Positions 1 to 9,658 of a stretch of DNA of 64,000 bases are shown here, piece after piece. The stretch is taken from positions 832-64,831 of the forward strand of contig JAUZOQ010000005.1 in the NCBI GenBank assembly GCA_030706385.1, read 5' to 3'. This stretch comes from Bacteroidota bacterium. GTDB lineage: Bacteria; Bacteroidota; Ignavibacteria; Palsa-1295. Position 1 is the first letter of the stretch. Each line of letters starts with the position of its first letter. The position numbers were made by a program, and so were the translations under genes. A model generated the notes under the pieces. The model made no database searches, was not told the origin of the DNA, and saw only the letters and a list, made by a program, of their open reading frames with translations.

Positions 1-778
1 TGGCCATACGGCGCAGGTAGGAAACTGACGCGAAGTTGAGACTAATTACCGAGCTGCTTCGTGATACTGCCACTCTAATGGTTAGAGAATACGGATTTAC
101 GCGGATTACTCCATTCATTATTTGGGGTTTGACAAGAGTGATTGAACATCGGTAGTTGCTTGTATCATCTGAAAGCGAATTGAGAGTGGTCGACTTAGCC
201 CAGTATCCATGATGCGGACCTGCGTCCGTTTTGCAGGTGCCTGACCATGAGTCAAAGTAGCTTATATTTGAGATCGTTGATTTGAATGCCCGGCCTCGCA
301 CAATTACCACAAGCAATGAGTCCTGTAATAGTGTAAAGTTAGCAGAAGAAATTGTAATCGAACTTTATATGCTCCCACTGGGGAAAGTTTGATTATCGGC
401 CTGACACATGCTCATGAAAAAATTCCTAATTTTTCCATTCACGCTATCAAGCTCGAATGAGAGTGCATCAGGTTTGTCACAAATCGGCTGTGAAAATAGA
501 TCCCGATATTCAATGGTGAATAGATTATCTTGCCGCGAATATTTAGTCAGCGAATCCCATACGTTTGAATATTCTAGATCGACAATATCGCTGACATTCC
601 ACGAAGTATCGGGCACTTCATTTGGGCAGGCAAGACTGCCTTGGTGGTATGATCCGGAAGCTGGGATAAGAATACTAAATATTTTTGGACGCCAATTCGC
701 TTGGCCATAACTAGTGCCAGGAAGAACCACTAGTGAATGCAAGAAGAAAAGGAAAGCATAAGCAACGTACTTCTTCAT
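1..778 (-). pseudogene. T9SS-cargo-like secreted protein (paralog of the next two genes) interrupted by a single in-frame TAA at 365-367; runs off the left window edge
   Basis: The 137-aa ORF stops at TAA 365-367, but the same frame stays open for 121 more codons to position 2 (SSITISSANFTLLQDSLLVVIVRG...DDTSNYRCSITL...). This aligns with the neighbours (INDSILVVNLR, DTSSYLCSFIF). Confidence 0.8.
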
Positions 779-847
779 CCCACAAACCTACAACATTCCT
801 CTCCAATTTCCTAATGAATCTCTGTGCAGAAATCTATCCCCATCAGC
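779..847 (-). promoter_or_regulatory. Conserved upstream module, copy 1; TAGGTTTG -7 box (783-790) 4 nt before ATG
   Basis: Near-identical to 2849-2916 and similar to 1757-1825; matches the Bacteroidetes TAnnTTTG consensus. Confidence 0.7.
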
Positions 848-1756
848 TCATTTCACGATAAATTTCGCCGTCATATTTCCCAGCCGGGCAAAATAGTATC
901 CGCCTGGAAGCTCAAATTGTGGAGTCGTGTACTCCGTCGTGCCGGCGGGGATTTCGATTTGTTTGATTGCTCTGCCGAGGAGATTGTAAATTTGGAGATG
1001 CTGCATCACTTCTAGTCCAGGAAAACTGAACCGGAGTCCAGCACTTGGCAAGATGATAGACACGGTCAGATTTATGGGATCTCTACTTTGGGACGATACA
1101 CTACTAGCCAGTGTTCGATAAATAAACCTTAACGAACAGCTATCCACTGAAGAATCAGGTAACGACACCATAGATCTGGATTCTCCATCCAAATATTCCT
1201 GGTCCGATGCGTTGACGATCCTCTTGAAGGAATAACGGTAATCGGCCGATGTGATCATGTTCTTCCGTGCGGCCGGCCTTAAGTTCACAACCAGGATAGA
1301 ATCGTTTATAAGAGAATATTCCATCGAAGAAAGCTGAACGTGATACTCGAGGCTATATGCGTTCATATTCTCAGGCGGATGGTAAGGTCTCTGATCGGAA
1401 AACCCGATGTAGAAGTTTGTTAATTGTTTCTTCGCTTTATCAATGCTAAAATGAATCGTGGCGGTCTTGCTTCCTCCCGAGTAACCAATGGAGACGGTAT
1501 CATTCGAGTCAAAGTAGCTGGTTATTTCCGGGAAGTCAGCCAGATATGGAGAAATTGCACTAAGACTAACATGTGAGCTGTCATAAATCACATTGCATTC
1601 GGGGCAATAGGCAGAATATCCATACGTCATTTCGACCGGCACCAATATAGTAATCGACTCGGGCATCCATCGCCCCTGAGCGAAAACCTTATCGCAGGAA
1701 ATTAGCGAAATGCCAAAGAGGAAATAAAATATGCAAGTATGAAATTGTCGTTTCAT
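848..1756 (-). CDS. Secreted protein with T9SS type-A C-terminal sorting domain, unknown core
   Basis: Signal peptide; C-terminus IYNLLGRAI...LPGGYYFARLGNMTAKFIVK. Confidence 0.8.
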   Translation of the reverse strand: MKRQFHTCIFYFLFGISLISCDKVFAQGRWMPESITILVPVEMTYGYSAYCPECNVIYDSSHVSLSAISPYLADFPEITSYFDSNDTVSIGYSGGSKTATIHFSIDKAKKQLTNFYIGFSDQRPYHPPENMNAYSLEYHVQLSSMEYSLINDSILVVNLRPAARKNMITSADYRYSFKRIVNASDQEYLDGESRSMVSLPDSSVDSCSLRFIYRTLASSVSSQSRDPINLTVSIILPSAGLRFSFPGLEVMQHLQIYNLLGRAIKQIEIPAGTTEYTTPQFELPGGYYFARLGNMTAKFIVK

Positions 1757-1930
1757 TCCACAAAGCTACCACATTCTTCTCCAATCCCCTAATCAATTTC
1801 AGTGCAGAAATCTATCCCCATCGGATCCATGCACATCCGTCTAATCCGTAAAATCCGTGTGCCATTCCCCTTAAACAATGCAGAAGAACAGAACACGGAT
1901 TTCACGGATTGAACGGATGTTCGCGGATCA
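1757..1930 (-). repeat. Upstream module copy 2 (TAGCTTTG, 1761-1768) plus a long imperfect palindrome of 9-bp ATCCGT units
   Basis: Arms gatccatgcacatccgtctaatccgtaaaatccgtgt / acacggatttcacggattgaacggatgttcgcggatc. Confidence 0.85.
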
Positions 1931-2848
1931 ATTCACTAGAAACTTCGCTGTCATATTCCCAATGCGGGCATAATAACACCCTTTTGGGAACTGTCCTTGC
2001 GGCAGTTTATACTTTGAAACGCCGGAAGGAATTTCTATGCTCCTTACTTCTCTGCCGAGGATGTCGTAGGCGTATAACATTTGGGAATGATCCAGCACAG
2101 GAAAAGTAAATTCTATTTTGTGATCGGATAAGGAGGATGCGATGGAAAGGGCCTGAGGAATCGTACTAGTTATGACAGAATTAATTGGTTCGGATAATGC
2201 GAAAATAAATGAACATAAATATGATGACGTATCAACATCAAGCTGAATTGTGTAGTCAATTAAACCGCTTTGATAGACGCCGTTTGCATAGTTATCAACT
2301 GAAGAGTTGTTATAGTTGGCCTTTTTGACACCATCCTTACATTGTTTTCCCCAAACTTTTATCACTATTGTATCATTATTAACAACAGAGAAAGGTAACG
2401 AAGTAAACTCTACTACAGATGATTCCGATCCAGATATATTGTCGGTATATGGGGGATGAATCGAATTGGATGTATACGAATAGTATGCATGCTCGTCTAT
2501 ATGAAAATCTTTAAGCTCTTTACTTGGTAAATCGAGAATAAAATTCATTCCGACAGAGTGTTCTACATGCGTTGCTCCGAGCGTTGTATAATGACCTTCA
2601 ATGAAAAAGGAATCCCTCGATCTTGTGCCTGTACCAAAACCTATTTGAGAAAAATCGATGAGAGTATGAGATACTGAACTTGATCCGTAAAAAGAATGAC
2701 CCCATTCATAAGTTGAATCGAATTCTATCACCGGAATTTGCAAACTGAAAGATTGTATCATCCAATTTGACTGCCCCACAGCTGTCCCAATCTGGAATAG
2801 ACCTTGGCCGATTGTAGAAAGTAGAAATAAACTGAATGCCTTCTTCAT
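1928..2848 (-). CDS. Secreted protein with T9SS type-A CTD, AT-rich unknown core
   Basis: Signal peptide; C-terminus AYDILGREV...FPKGCYYARIGNMTAKFLVN; paralog of 848-1756. Confidence 0.8.
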   Translation of the reverse strand: MKKAFSLFLLSTIGQGLFQIGTAVGQSNWMIQSFSLQIPVIEFDSTYEWGHSFYGSSSVSHTLIDFSQIGFGTGTRSRDSFFIEGHYTTLGATHVEHSVGMNFILDLPSKELKDFHIDEHAYYSYTSNSIHPPYTDNISGSESSVVEFTSLPFSVVNNDTIVIKVWGKQCKDGVKKANYNNSSVDNYANGVYQSGLIDYTIQLDVDTSSYLCSFIFALSEPINSVITSTIPQALSIASSLSDHKIEFTFPVLDHSQMLYAYDILGREVRSIEIPSGVSKYKLPQGQFPKGCYYARIGNMTAKFLVN

Positions 2849-3011
2849 CCCACAAACCTACAACATTCCTCTCCGATTTCCTAATAAATCTCAGTGCAGA
2901 AATCTACCCCTATCAGATCCGTGCAAATCCGTCTAATCCGTGTGCCATTCCCTAAACAATGCAGAAGAACAGAAGACGGATTTCACGGATTGAACGGATG
3001 TTCGCGGATTA
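2849..3011 (-). repeat. Upstream module copy 3 (TAGGTTTG, 2853-2860) plus ATCCGT-unit palindrome lacking one unit
   Basis: Direct repeat of 1757-1930; overlaps the aminopeptidase stop codon. Confidence 0.85.
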
Positions 3012-5459
3012 CTTGATGATCCTATCGATGATCTCTTTCTGCCAGGGCTCCCAGGTTTTGGACTTGTAGTATGCCATCATCATATTCCGGAATTGTGTCT
3101 GGCCGTAATATTTCGTAAGGATTCCGTTGGCCGATCCGGCGAGGCGGTTATTCGTGCTCAAGAGCGCATTGATGAGATTGGCAAGAAGATCGTTATCGAA
3201 ATAGTTGAGACGCGACAGAGCATCCATTGCTGTCTGACGAGTGATGAACTCATAGGAAACACTGACGTAATCGACAAGCTGCTTCAGCGCCGCAGCGTCT
3301 TGCGTCGATGATGCCTTGATCTCCAGCCATTTGATATGGACCTTATGCGACATGCCGTCTTCATCTTTCGTCTTATCCAGATATTGCGCAGTATTCTGCG
3401 GGAAGCTTTCACATAATTTATCCAGAGCCGTCGATACCATATTGTAGGACGAATCTTTCAGCAGCATTGCAACATCAGGCTCGATATCCTGCGGAATGAA
3501 GCGATATGCATTCAGCGCAGCGCTACGAACATCAAGCGTCGTATCCTTCAAGGCACGGCGAATGATTGCGCGCGACTCCGGGGTATTATCGGCTGCCAAC
3601 TGCCCGACTATCTCGCCGCGAATTGCCTGATACGTTTCTTTATTATAGACCTGGATCAACGCATCGCGCTTCTGCTCCATCGGTACTGAATCGGTCCTGA
3701 ACGAAACGACAGCATCGTACCGGTCCAGCATCTTCGGCGCTCCGAGTGCCTGCGCTTTCAGCTCACTGAACGGCTTCTTGAAATTTATTTTCTTGACAAC
3801 TTCATCGCCCGGATCGAAGAGAACGAAGGCGATCTGCTTCGAACTCGGATTTGGAACGGAGACGATATGGCGCTCCTTCTCGATCCATTCACGTTTGGAA
3901 TCCATCGATCCATCCGTGTAATGCACTTCGAAGACGATTGGCATTTTAAAGAGTCGTGTCAAGTCATCGATATGCTGAGTCTGTGCGACATCGATCTCCG
4001 TTTCATGTCCGGAGCCTTTAGCAATGTCCTGATAGCTTACAGTATACTCCGGCACACCGCCGCGGTAGAGCCATTGCTCGAAAAACCAATCGGGGGAAAG
4101 GCCGAGCGTATCCTGAAATGCTTGGTAGAGATCGTTCGTCTCTACATTCGAGTACATGTGATGCGAGAGGTAGTAATGATAGACATGGCGCATTTCTTCT
4201 TCGCCAAATGTATAGAGCATCATGCCGATGACGGCCGAGCCGCCGGGATAAATTCGTGAGCCGCCTGCTTTCGTATGCACGATCGGGAAGCGATCACCAT
4301 CGTTCGCAGCAACCATAGCATTATGCTCGCCGCGGCGATTCCACTCGTAGGCATCTTCGCCATAGACTTCACGAGTAAAGAGCTTCGGGAAGAATGTTGC
4401 ATGCGATTCGTGCAGCCACATGTTCGGACCGTTACGGATCGTGATCAGATCGCCGAACCATTGATGCGTGAGCTCATGCACATCGACTCCGAAGTATCCG
4501 CGGTCAAGCGTTCCGCGCGCATCGTTCAAAAAGAAATCGCCGTAGATCGTAGCCGTCGTATTCTCCATGGCGCCATAGATGAAATCCTGCACAGGAATAT
4601 TCGAATACGATTCCCAGGGATAGGGAATCCCCGTCCACTTCGCAACGAAGTCAATACATTCAGTTGCGTACTTATAAGTGGGCTGAACGTATTCGGGATG
4701 TTCCGGATAGTAGTAGAGATTCACCGGCACACCTGCTTTTGTCTTACGCTGTTCGATCTCGTACTTGCCGATGCCGAGCATGACAAGATAAGCGGAGTGG
4801 CGATGCGTCATTCTGTAATGCCATGTCTTCGTGCCATCGCCATTATCCTTTTCGGAAAGTTTTGTACCGTTGGAAAGTACTTTATACTCTTTATCGAATT
4901 TTACGATAGTTTCGGTGATCAGCTTATCGTCCCAATCGTCATAGCACGGAATCCAGTAACGGTTATCGGTGCCTTCTCCTTGTGTCCAGATCTGTTTACG
5001 GCTCAAGTTGCGCGGGTCGTTCCAGCCGATAAAGTAAATGCCCTTGCGCGGAGTCGCTTCGTAGACGAAGGTGATGCTATCGTTCTCGCCCCATGAAAGC
5101 GCCTTACCCGGAAACACGGTAACACCCGAAGCATCGGTAGTGAATTGCAGCGGCTTGCCGTTGAGCATTGCATCTTTGATCTTGATACCGGGGCCATCGA
5201 AGAAGATCGAATCGACATGGCTGCGCAGCGGAGTAAAGTAATGCGTCACTTTTCCGTAGACAATACCTTTCGGGCAATCGAACGAGACTTCGATCTTCAT
5301 GCGAAGCATATCGACGGGATGCTCACGCGGAGCACGTTCGGCAGGATCGACGAGATGCGTTTCCTGATACAGGATCGGCGGCTGTGCCGAAGCGGGATGA
5401 GTAAATGAGAGAAGAATAATTGCTGCAAGAAACGATACTGAACGAAGAGAGTGGCGCAT
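3009..5459 (-). CDS. pepN: M1 family zinc aminopeptidase with C-terminal HEAT-like repeats, exported
   Basis: GAMEN exopeptidase motif, HELTH-x18-E zinc motif, signal peptide; TATCTTTG box at 5502-5509. Confidence 0.9.
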   Translation of the reverse strand: MRHSLRSVSFLAAIILLSFTHPASAQPPILYQETHLVDPAERAPREHPVDMLRMKIEVSFDCPKGIVYGKVTHYFTPLRSHVDSIFFDGPGIKIKDAMLNGKPLQFTTDASGVTVFPGKALSWGENDSITFVYEATPRKGIYFIGWNDPRNLSRKQIWTQGEGTDNRYWIPCYDDWDDKLITETIVKFDKEYKVLSNGTKLSEKDNGDGTKTWHYRMTHRHSAYLVMLGIGKYEIEQRKTKAGVPVNLYYYPEHPEYVQPTYKYATECIDFVAKWTGIPYPWESYSNIPVQDFIYGAMENTTATIYGDFFLNDARGTLDRGYFGVDVHELTHQWFGDLITIRNGPNMWLHESHATFFPKLFTREVYGEDAYEWNRRGEHNAMVAANDGDRFPIVHTKAGGSRIYPGGSAVIGMMLYTFGEEEMRHVYHYYLSHHMYSNVETNDLYQAFQDTLGLSPDWFFEQWLYRGGVPEYTVSYQDIAKGSGHETEIDVAQTQHIDDLTRLFKMPIVFEVHYTDGSMDSKREWIEKERHIVSVPNPSSKQIAFVLFDPGDEVVKKINFKKPFSELKAQALGAPKMLDRYDAVVSFRTDSVPMEQKRDALIQVYNKETYQAIRGEIVGQLAADNTPESRAIIRRALKDTTLDVRSAALNAYRFIPQDIEPDVAMLLKDSSYNMVSTALDKLCESFPQNTAQYLDKTKDEDGMSHKVHIKWLEIKASSTQDAAALKQLVDYVSVSYEFITRQTAMDALSRLNYFDNDLLANLINALLSTNNRLAGSANGILTKYYGQTQFRNMMMAYYKSKTWEPWQKEIIDRIIK

Positions 5460-5602
5460 GATGCTATATGTAGATGGAATACTGATGGGTAAATAGAATT
5501 ACAAAGATAAGCATAATAGCCCCACCGCTTCACGAACGGAGCACTCTTTGGCAAAGTGAGAGAGTTACACAAACAATGAATGAAGGAGCAGCCTTCTTCC
5601 TC

Positions 5603-6619
5603 TTACTCGCTTGTCCTGACCTTATCGTCGCGCACTGGAGAGTAAGTTTTCTTTTTTGTCAGATCGTCTCGGTGCCGGAGGATGACATCATCGAAATAGA
5701 CTTTGATGCCCGTTGCATCTTCGATATTGGCAGTATTCTGAAGATGGTATTGGAGTTCGGGTTCAGAGGAATTTCCGGAATTGCCGCATTGGGCAATCAC
5801 TTGACCTCTGGTTACCGTATCGCCGGCCTTAACCTGGAGGCTACCCATTTTCAAATGTGAAAGAACGGAGAATTCATTTGCTGCATGTTTGATGATAATA
5901 CAATTGCCAAGCGCTGAATAGGCATTCGGCACGAAAGGTGCATTGTCATGCACGCCGTCGATCGCTTCTACGACTTTTCCTTCTCCGGGAGATAGGACCT
6001 CTTTGCCGAAAGCAAAATAATCTTCGTTCGTTTTCCCGTTTTCCTTATGACTTTTTTCGAATCCTTGAAGAACATTGAAATCGATAGCGAATCGCTGGTT
6101 CTTGGTATCATGATGAGGATTTACCTCTTTTGTATCTCCTCCCCACATGACGGCCCATTCGCCTGCAAATGGTAGTCCGAGATGCGATGAATTCCGTTCT
6201 GGTACGGGAAGCTCTTCGATATGCGGTTGAAAGTAGAATCCTGCAATCTTATCGGTCATTGAATCCAGATCAATGCGAAGATCGAGAAGGCCAGAGTCGA
6301 ACTCCACGGGTATGACAGCAACATTTTTCCATTTCAATTTCGGAATTCCCATGTTCTTGACCTTGCCTGCTCCGAGAACAAGATTCTCTAAGAGCGGCTG
6401 CAACTTCTGCAGTGGTAATTGGGCCTGCAGATCGGCAGTGAACTCTCGCTCAAGTGCAGCGTAATTCCCTTTATTAATATAGTCGCCGATATGCCGGGCC
6501 TTTTCCAGAAAGCGATATTGGGAAATATCGATTGTCGTACCCTGCGCAAATCCGAATGAGGATGCAAAAAAAATGAGCAGTACTGCCCACAGGGGAATGA
6601 GGTATTTTTGGTGATTCAT
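5603..6619 (-). CDS. DUF3887-like N-domain plus M23/LytM domain with degenerate active site
   Basis: M23 signatures (GNCIIIKH, SHLKMGSLQVKAGDTVTRGQVIAQCGNSGNS), but PHLHF reads PELQY; start placed at MNHQK. Confidence 0.8.
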   Translation of the reverse strand: MNHQKYLIPLWAVLLIFFASSFGFAQGTTIDISQYRFLEKARHIGDYINKGNYAALEREFTADLQAQLPLQKLQPLLENLVLGAGKVKNMGIPKLKWKNVAVIPVEFDSGLLDLRIDLDSMTDKIAGFYFQPHIEELPVPERNSSHLGLPFAGEWAVMWGGDTKEVNPHHDTKNQRFAIDFNVLQGFEKSHKENGKTNEDYFAFGKEVLSPGEGKVVEAIDGVHDNAPFVPNAYSALGNCIIIKHAANEFSVLSHLKMGSLQVKAGDTVTRGQVIAQCGNSGNSSEPELQYHLQNTANIEDATGIKVYFDDVILRHRDDLTKKKTYSPVRDDKVRTSE

Positions 6620-6661
6620 CGTACTAAGGCAACACAAATTTGTGCAATCGCATTCTTCAAC

Positions 6662-6683
6662 GAGCCGGAAGGGATTCCGGCTC
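6662..6683 (-). terminator. Hairpin downstream of the DUF4199 gene
   Basis: GAGCCGGAA-GGGA-TTCCGGCTC perfect stem. Confidence 0.5.
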
Positions 6684-6710
6684 TACTTGATATCACTAGA
6701 ATTTCAAATC

Positions 6711-7229
6711 TTATGCCATTTCCCTCGGTGCGCTGCTGCCACCCATACTCTTGACGATCGGCGAGAAGATCAAAGAGATAAACATACCTCCGAGCGTATA
6801 CATGAAAAGTGTACTGATCGCAAAACCTGTCGGTGAGAGGAAGAACTCGGTAAATTTCTTTGCTTGCTCAAGTTGCTCTTTCGGCATATTTTGCGCTGCC
6901 ATGCCTTTGGTAGCTTCTTCGCGCGCGAAATCTATCATCTCAGGATTGATGAAGGTCGTGAAGAGAAAGAAGAAGAGGGCGAAGATCACGGCAGCAACAA
7001 TGGAGATAAGTGTACCTTCGACCCATCCGCGGCCAAACGTAAAGTCTTCGGTATCGGTCATCTTCTTTTCACGAATTCCCATGAAGAGCAGGACTAGGCT
7101 GGCAGCAGTAGCGATCCAGCTTACCGTCCGGCCAAGGGATGTCGTCGTCCATCCGGCAAAATATCCGATCAGCATGACGGCAACGTTCAGAGCGACGATA
7201 TAGATACCCCACTTGACGAAATTCTTCAT
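6711..7229 (-). CDS. DUF4199-like four-TM membrane protein
   Basis: TM pattern, FTFGRGWVEG and FINPEM motifs typical of this FCB family; start at MKNFVK downstream of TATCTTTG (7256-7263). Confidence 0.75.
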   Translation of the reverse strand: MKNFVKWGIYIVALNVAVMLIGYFAGWTTTSLGRTVSWIATAASLVLLFMGIREKKMTDTEDFTFGRGWVEGTLISIVAAVIFALFFFLFTTFINPEMIDFAREEATKGMAAQNMPKEQLEQAKKFTEFFLSPTGFAISTLFMYTLGGMFISLIFSPIVKSMGGSSAPREMA

Positions 7230-7290
7230 AAGGATTGATGATGAAATTGAATATGCAAAGATAAGCGAATTTCCCCTGGAGAAGGCGAAA

Positions 7291-7740
7291 TCACGTGTTT
7301 TGAAAATGATCTGCAAAACTTTCCATTACCGAGCCCCAGGCTTTGTCAAAGTAGGAGTATATCTTATCCCATTCCTCATCATTCTCCTTCCAGCCGATCT
7401 GGTTGAATTCCACACGGATGTTTCCTTCCGGAAGCTCGTGAAAAAGCAGAACAACCCAATTCTTTTCTCCGCTTTTTCGAACACGTTCGAACTCCGGAGG
7501 GCAATTCCACGTGAAGGAGAGCATCTTCTTCGGAAGATAGGAGATGATCGTGCACCCTTCACTTCCTTGCAGCCCGCGGGGATTATCGAGCATGAAATAG
7601 ACTTCATACGCTCCTCCGATGCGGAGATCGATGAATGCCTGCGGCGCAAAGAACGATGTGATGCCTTCCGACGTCGTCCAGGCATTCCATACTGCATCGA
7701 TAGGTGCATGAACGGTTGCTTCTTTGTATATCGCTTTCAT
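7291..7740 (-). CDS. SRPBCC/AHSA1 (START-like) domain protein
   Basis: APIDAVWNAWT...DLRIGGAY...W motif pattern. Confidence 0.85.
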   Translation of the reverse strand: MKAIYKEATVHAPIDAVWNAWTTSEGITSFFAPQAFIDLRIGGAYEVYFMLDNPRGLQGSEGCTIISYLPKKMLSFTWNCPPEFERVRKSGEKNWVVLLFHELPEGNIRVEFNQIGWKENDEEWDKIYSYFDKAWGSVMESFADHFQNT

Positions 7741-7742
7741 CT

Positions 7743-8108
7743 CTACTTCGCTCCGGGATCCTCCTGAAATAATCCATGGATGTTCCCTTCAGTATCCTTG
7801 AAGTATGCGCTATATCCGATACCGGGAATACTCATTTTCGATACGATGATCTCGCCACCCGCGCGTGTAATTCGTCCTGCAAAATCGTCGATCGAAGGCA
7901 CACTGATACTATTAGTGACAGCCTGCTTAGCATCCCCTCGCCGCATTATCGCACCGTTTATACCCGGTTCATCGCCGTTGCGGGTTTCGGCAAGGTAGTA
8001 GTGGTATTCTTCAGATCCTTGAAATGTCCAGCCGAAAACGTCGCTGAAGAATTTCGTTGCACGCAATGTATCATCGGCAGATATTTCGAAATGTACTGGT
8101 CGAGGCAT
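7743..8108 (-). CDS. VOC/glyoxalase family protein
   Basis: PVHFEI...FFSDVFGW...GINGAI...YFKDTEGNIHGL. Confidence 0.9.
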   Translation of the reverse strand: MPRPVHFEISADDTLRATKFFSDVFGWTFQGSEEYHYYLAETRNGDEPGINGAIMRRGDAKQAVTNSISVPSIDDFAGRITRAGGEIIVSKMSIPGIGYSAYFKDTEGNIHGLFQEDPGAK

Positions 8109-8204
8109 AATTTGTTTTCCTTTCAATAAATTGAGAACACCGGTGGTACATCAAGAACTTGACCTTTCTATAGCAGAGAAACTTCCGAAACCTAACAAGC
8201 AGAA

Positions 8205-8903
8205 CTACGAAATCAATCGCGCAAGGAGGAACGCTGCGCCGGCTGCCAGGCCACCGATGAGCATTGTCTGCAGACCGCTGCGGATCGGATGGGCTCCGGT
8301 AAATCTGCCTTTGATATAACCGAATACAGCCAGGGCAATGAGAGTCACAATTACCGAGATTGTCAGTGCTTCCCGTGCACTGGTGATAAAGATATATGGA
8401 GAAAGAGGAATAAATCCGCCGGCAACATAGGAGCCTGCAATCGTGAAGGCGCTTGTTCTTGCTCTTTTCGGATCGGGCTTATCCAAACCCAGTTCGAACT
8501 GCATCATGAAATCCACCCAATGATGCGGATTCTTTGCAAGACTTTCAGTCACGAGCATACTGTCTTGTTTCGAGAGACCGTATTTCTCAAAGATCTCGGC
8601 GACTTCATTCTTCTCGATGTTCGGGACTTCGACGATCTCGCGCTCTTCGCGCTTGCGTTCGCTTACGTAATGCTCCGTATCGCTCTTCGCGGCGAGGTAA
8701 CCGCCGAGCCCCATCGCAATGGAACCGGCGGCTATCTCGGCAAGTCCTGCAGTGATAATGATCCCTGAAGCATCGACTGCACCCGTAAGTCCCGCTGCCA
8801 GAGCGAACGGAACAGTCAGGCCATCGGACATTCCGATGACTATATCGCGCACCATTTCACCGGCAGTAAAATGGTGCTCGTGATGATGCTGCAGGTGCAC
8901 CAT
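8205..8903 (-). CDS. VIT1/CCC1 Fe/Mn transporter
   Basis: RDIVIGMSDGL, AGSIAMGLGGYLA, His-rich N-terminus. Confidence 0.92.
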   Translation of the reverse strand: MVHLQHHHEHHFTAGEMVRDIVIGMSDGLTVPFALAAGLTGAVDASGIIITAGLAEIAAGSIAMGLGGYLAAKSDTEHYVSERKREEREIVEVPNIEKNEVAEIFEKYGLSKQDSMLVTESLAKNPHHWVDFMMQFELGLDKPDPKRARTSAFTIAGSYVAGGFIPLSPYIFITSAREALTISVIVTLIALAVFGYIKGRFTGAHPIRSGLQTMLIGGLAAGAAFLLARLIS

Positions 8904-9352
8904 TATTTTACGCCGACAAGTTCGACATCGAATATCAACGTTGCCTTGGCGGGAATGACAGGAGGATGGCCGCGTTCACCATAGGCAAGATTGTATGGAA
9001 TGATAAGTTTGCGTTTGCCGCCGACCTTCATCGTCATAAGCCCTTCATCCCATCCGGCGATAACGCTATGCGTTCCGATCGCAAATGTGAATGGCTCTAC
9101 ATGCCCAAACTTCGGATCGACATTCGAGTCGAATTTCGATGAATCGGTAAGCATACCTGTGTAGTTGACAACGACAGTCTGTCCGGTTTTCGGCGATGCG
9201 CCATCGCCGATTTTCTCATCGACATACTGCAAGCCCGAAGGAGTTGTAATGATTTGAGGTTCGTTTTTTGTCATATTTTTTGAGTGGCAGCCCACGCCGG
9301 CAATAGCCATGAATGCGACTGCGATAAAAACCCGTACTGGTGATTTGATCAT
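8903..9352 (-). CDS. FKBP-type peptidyl-prolyl isomerase, probable lipoprotein
   Basis: [37 protein letters not shown]; lipobox-like AGVGC. Confidence 0.93.
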   Translation of the reverse strand: MIKSPVRVFIAVAFMAIAGVGCHSKNMTKNEPQIITTPSGLQYVDEKIGDGASPKTGQTVVVNYTGMLTDSSKFDSNVDPKFGHVEPFTFAIGTHSVIAGWDEGLMTMKVGGKRKLIIPYNLAYGERGHPPVIPAKATLIFDVELVGVK

Positions 9353-9413
9353 AAATAATGAATCGGTAAATAGATTTCTGCGAATTTACGGAGAAATGGA
9401 AAGGGCCGGAGGA

Positions 9414-9455
9414 GAATGAACAATGTACAATTTTCAATGTACAATGAGGAATGAA
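9414..9455. repeat. Six tandem heptamers (sAATnnn), STRR-like
   Basis: gaatgaa caatgta caatttt caatgta caatgag gaatgaa. Confidence 0.7.
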
Positions 9456-9618
9456 AGCCGGAAGAAAAGACAGCTCAAGAGAATCCCAAGTTACTGCCTG
9501 CGGGAAGAAGCAGTCCGGCTCTGCTATCGAAAAAACGCAAGGTCACGCTTTTTTCCCCATTAAAATGTGGCTAAATCGAGCAAATAAAGGCAGTTGGTAA
9601 AAATTCTTTATTATTTTC

Positions 9619-9645
9619 TGTAACCAAATCGCATCTCGCGTGTCT
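9619..9645 (+). promoter_or_regulatory. Candidate ECF autoregulatory promoter TGTAAC-N17-GTCT
   Basis: AAC...GTC spacing typical of ECF promoters, directly upstream of the ECF gene. Confidence 0.5.
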
Positions 9646-9658
9646 TTTAAAATAGGAG

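Noticed and set aside
89-108. ACGGATTTACGCGGATT resembling the palindrome unit
   Set aside because: It is a short match inside an open homologous reading frame and has no partner arm.
1757-3011. Integron attC sites
   Set aside because: The palindromes lack RYYYAAC/GTTRRRY ends and no integrase is in the window. Only the architecture is analogous.
779-3011. CRISPR array
   Set aside because: The repeats are 70-170 bp, separated by whole genes, and there are no cas genes.
4275-5096. Long antisense ORFs (also 34069-34878, 41061-41828, 61904-62575)
   Set aside because: These are shadows of well-supported genes on the opposite strand and have no recognisable motifs.
9372-9383. 12-bp match (GCAGAAATCTAT) to the array upstream module near the FKBP promoter
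   Set aside because: A match of this length is plausible by chance given the search space.
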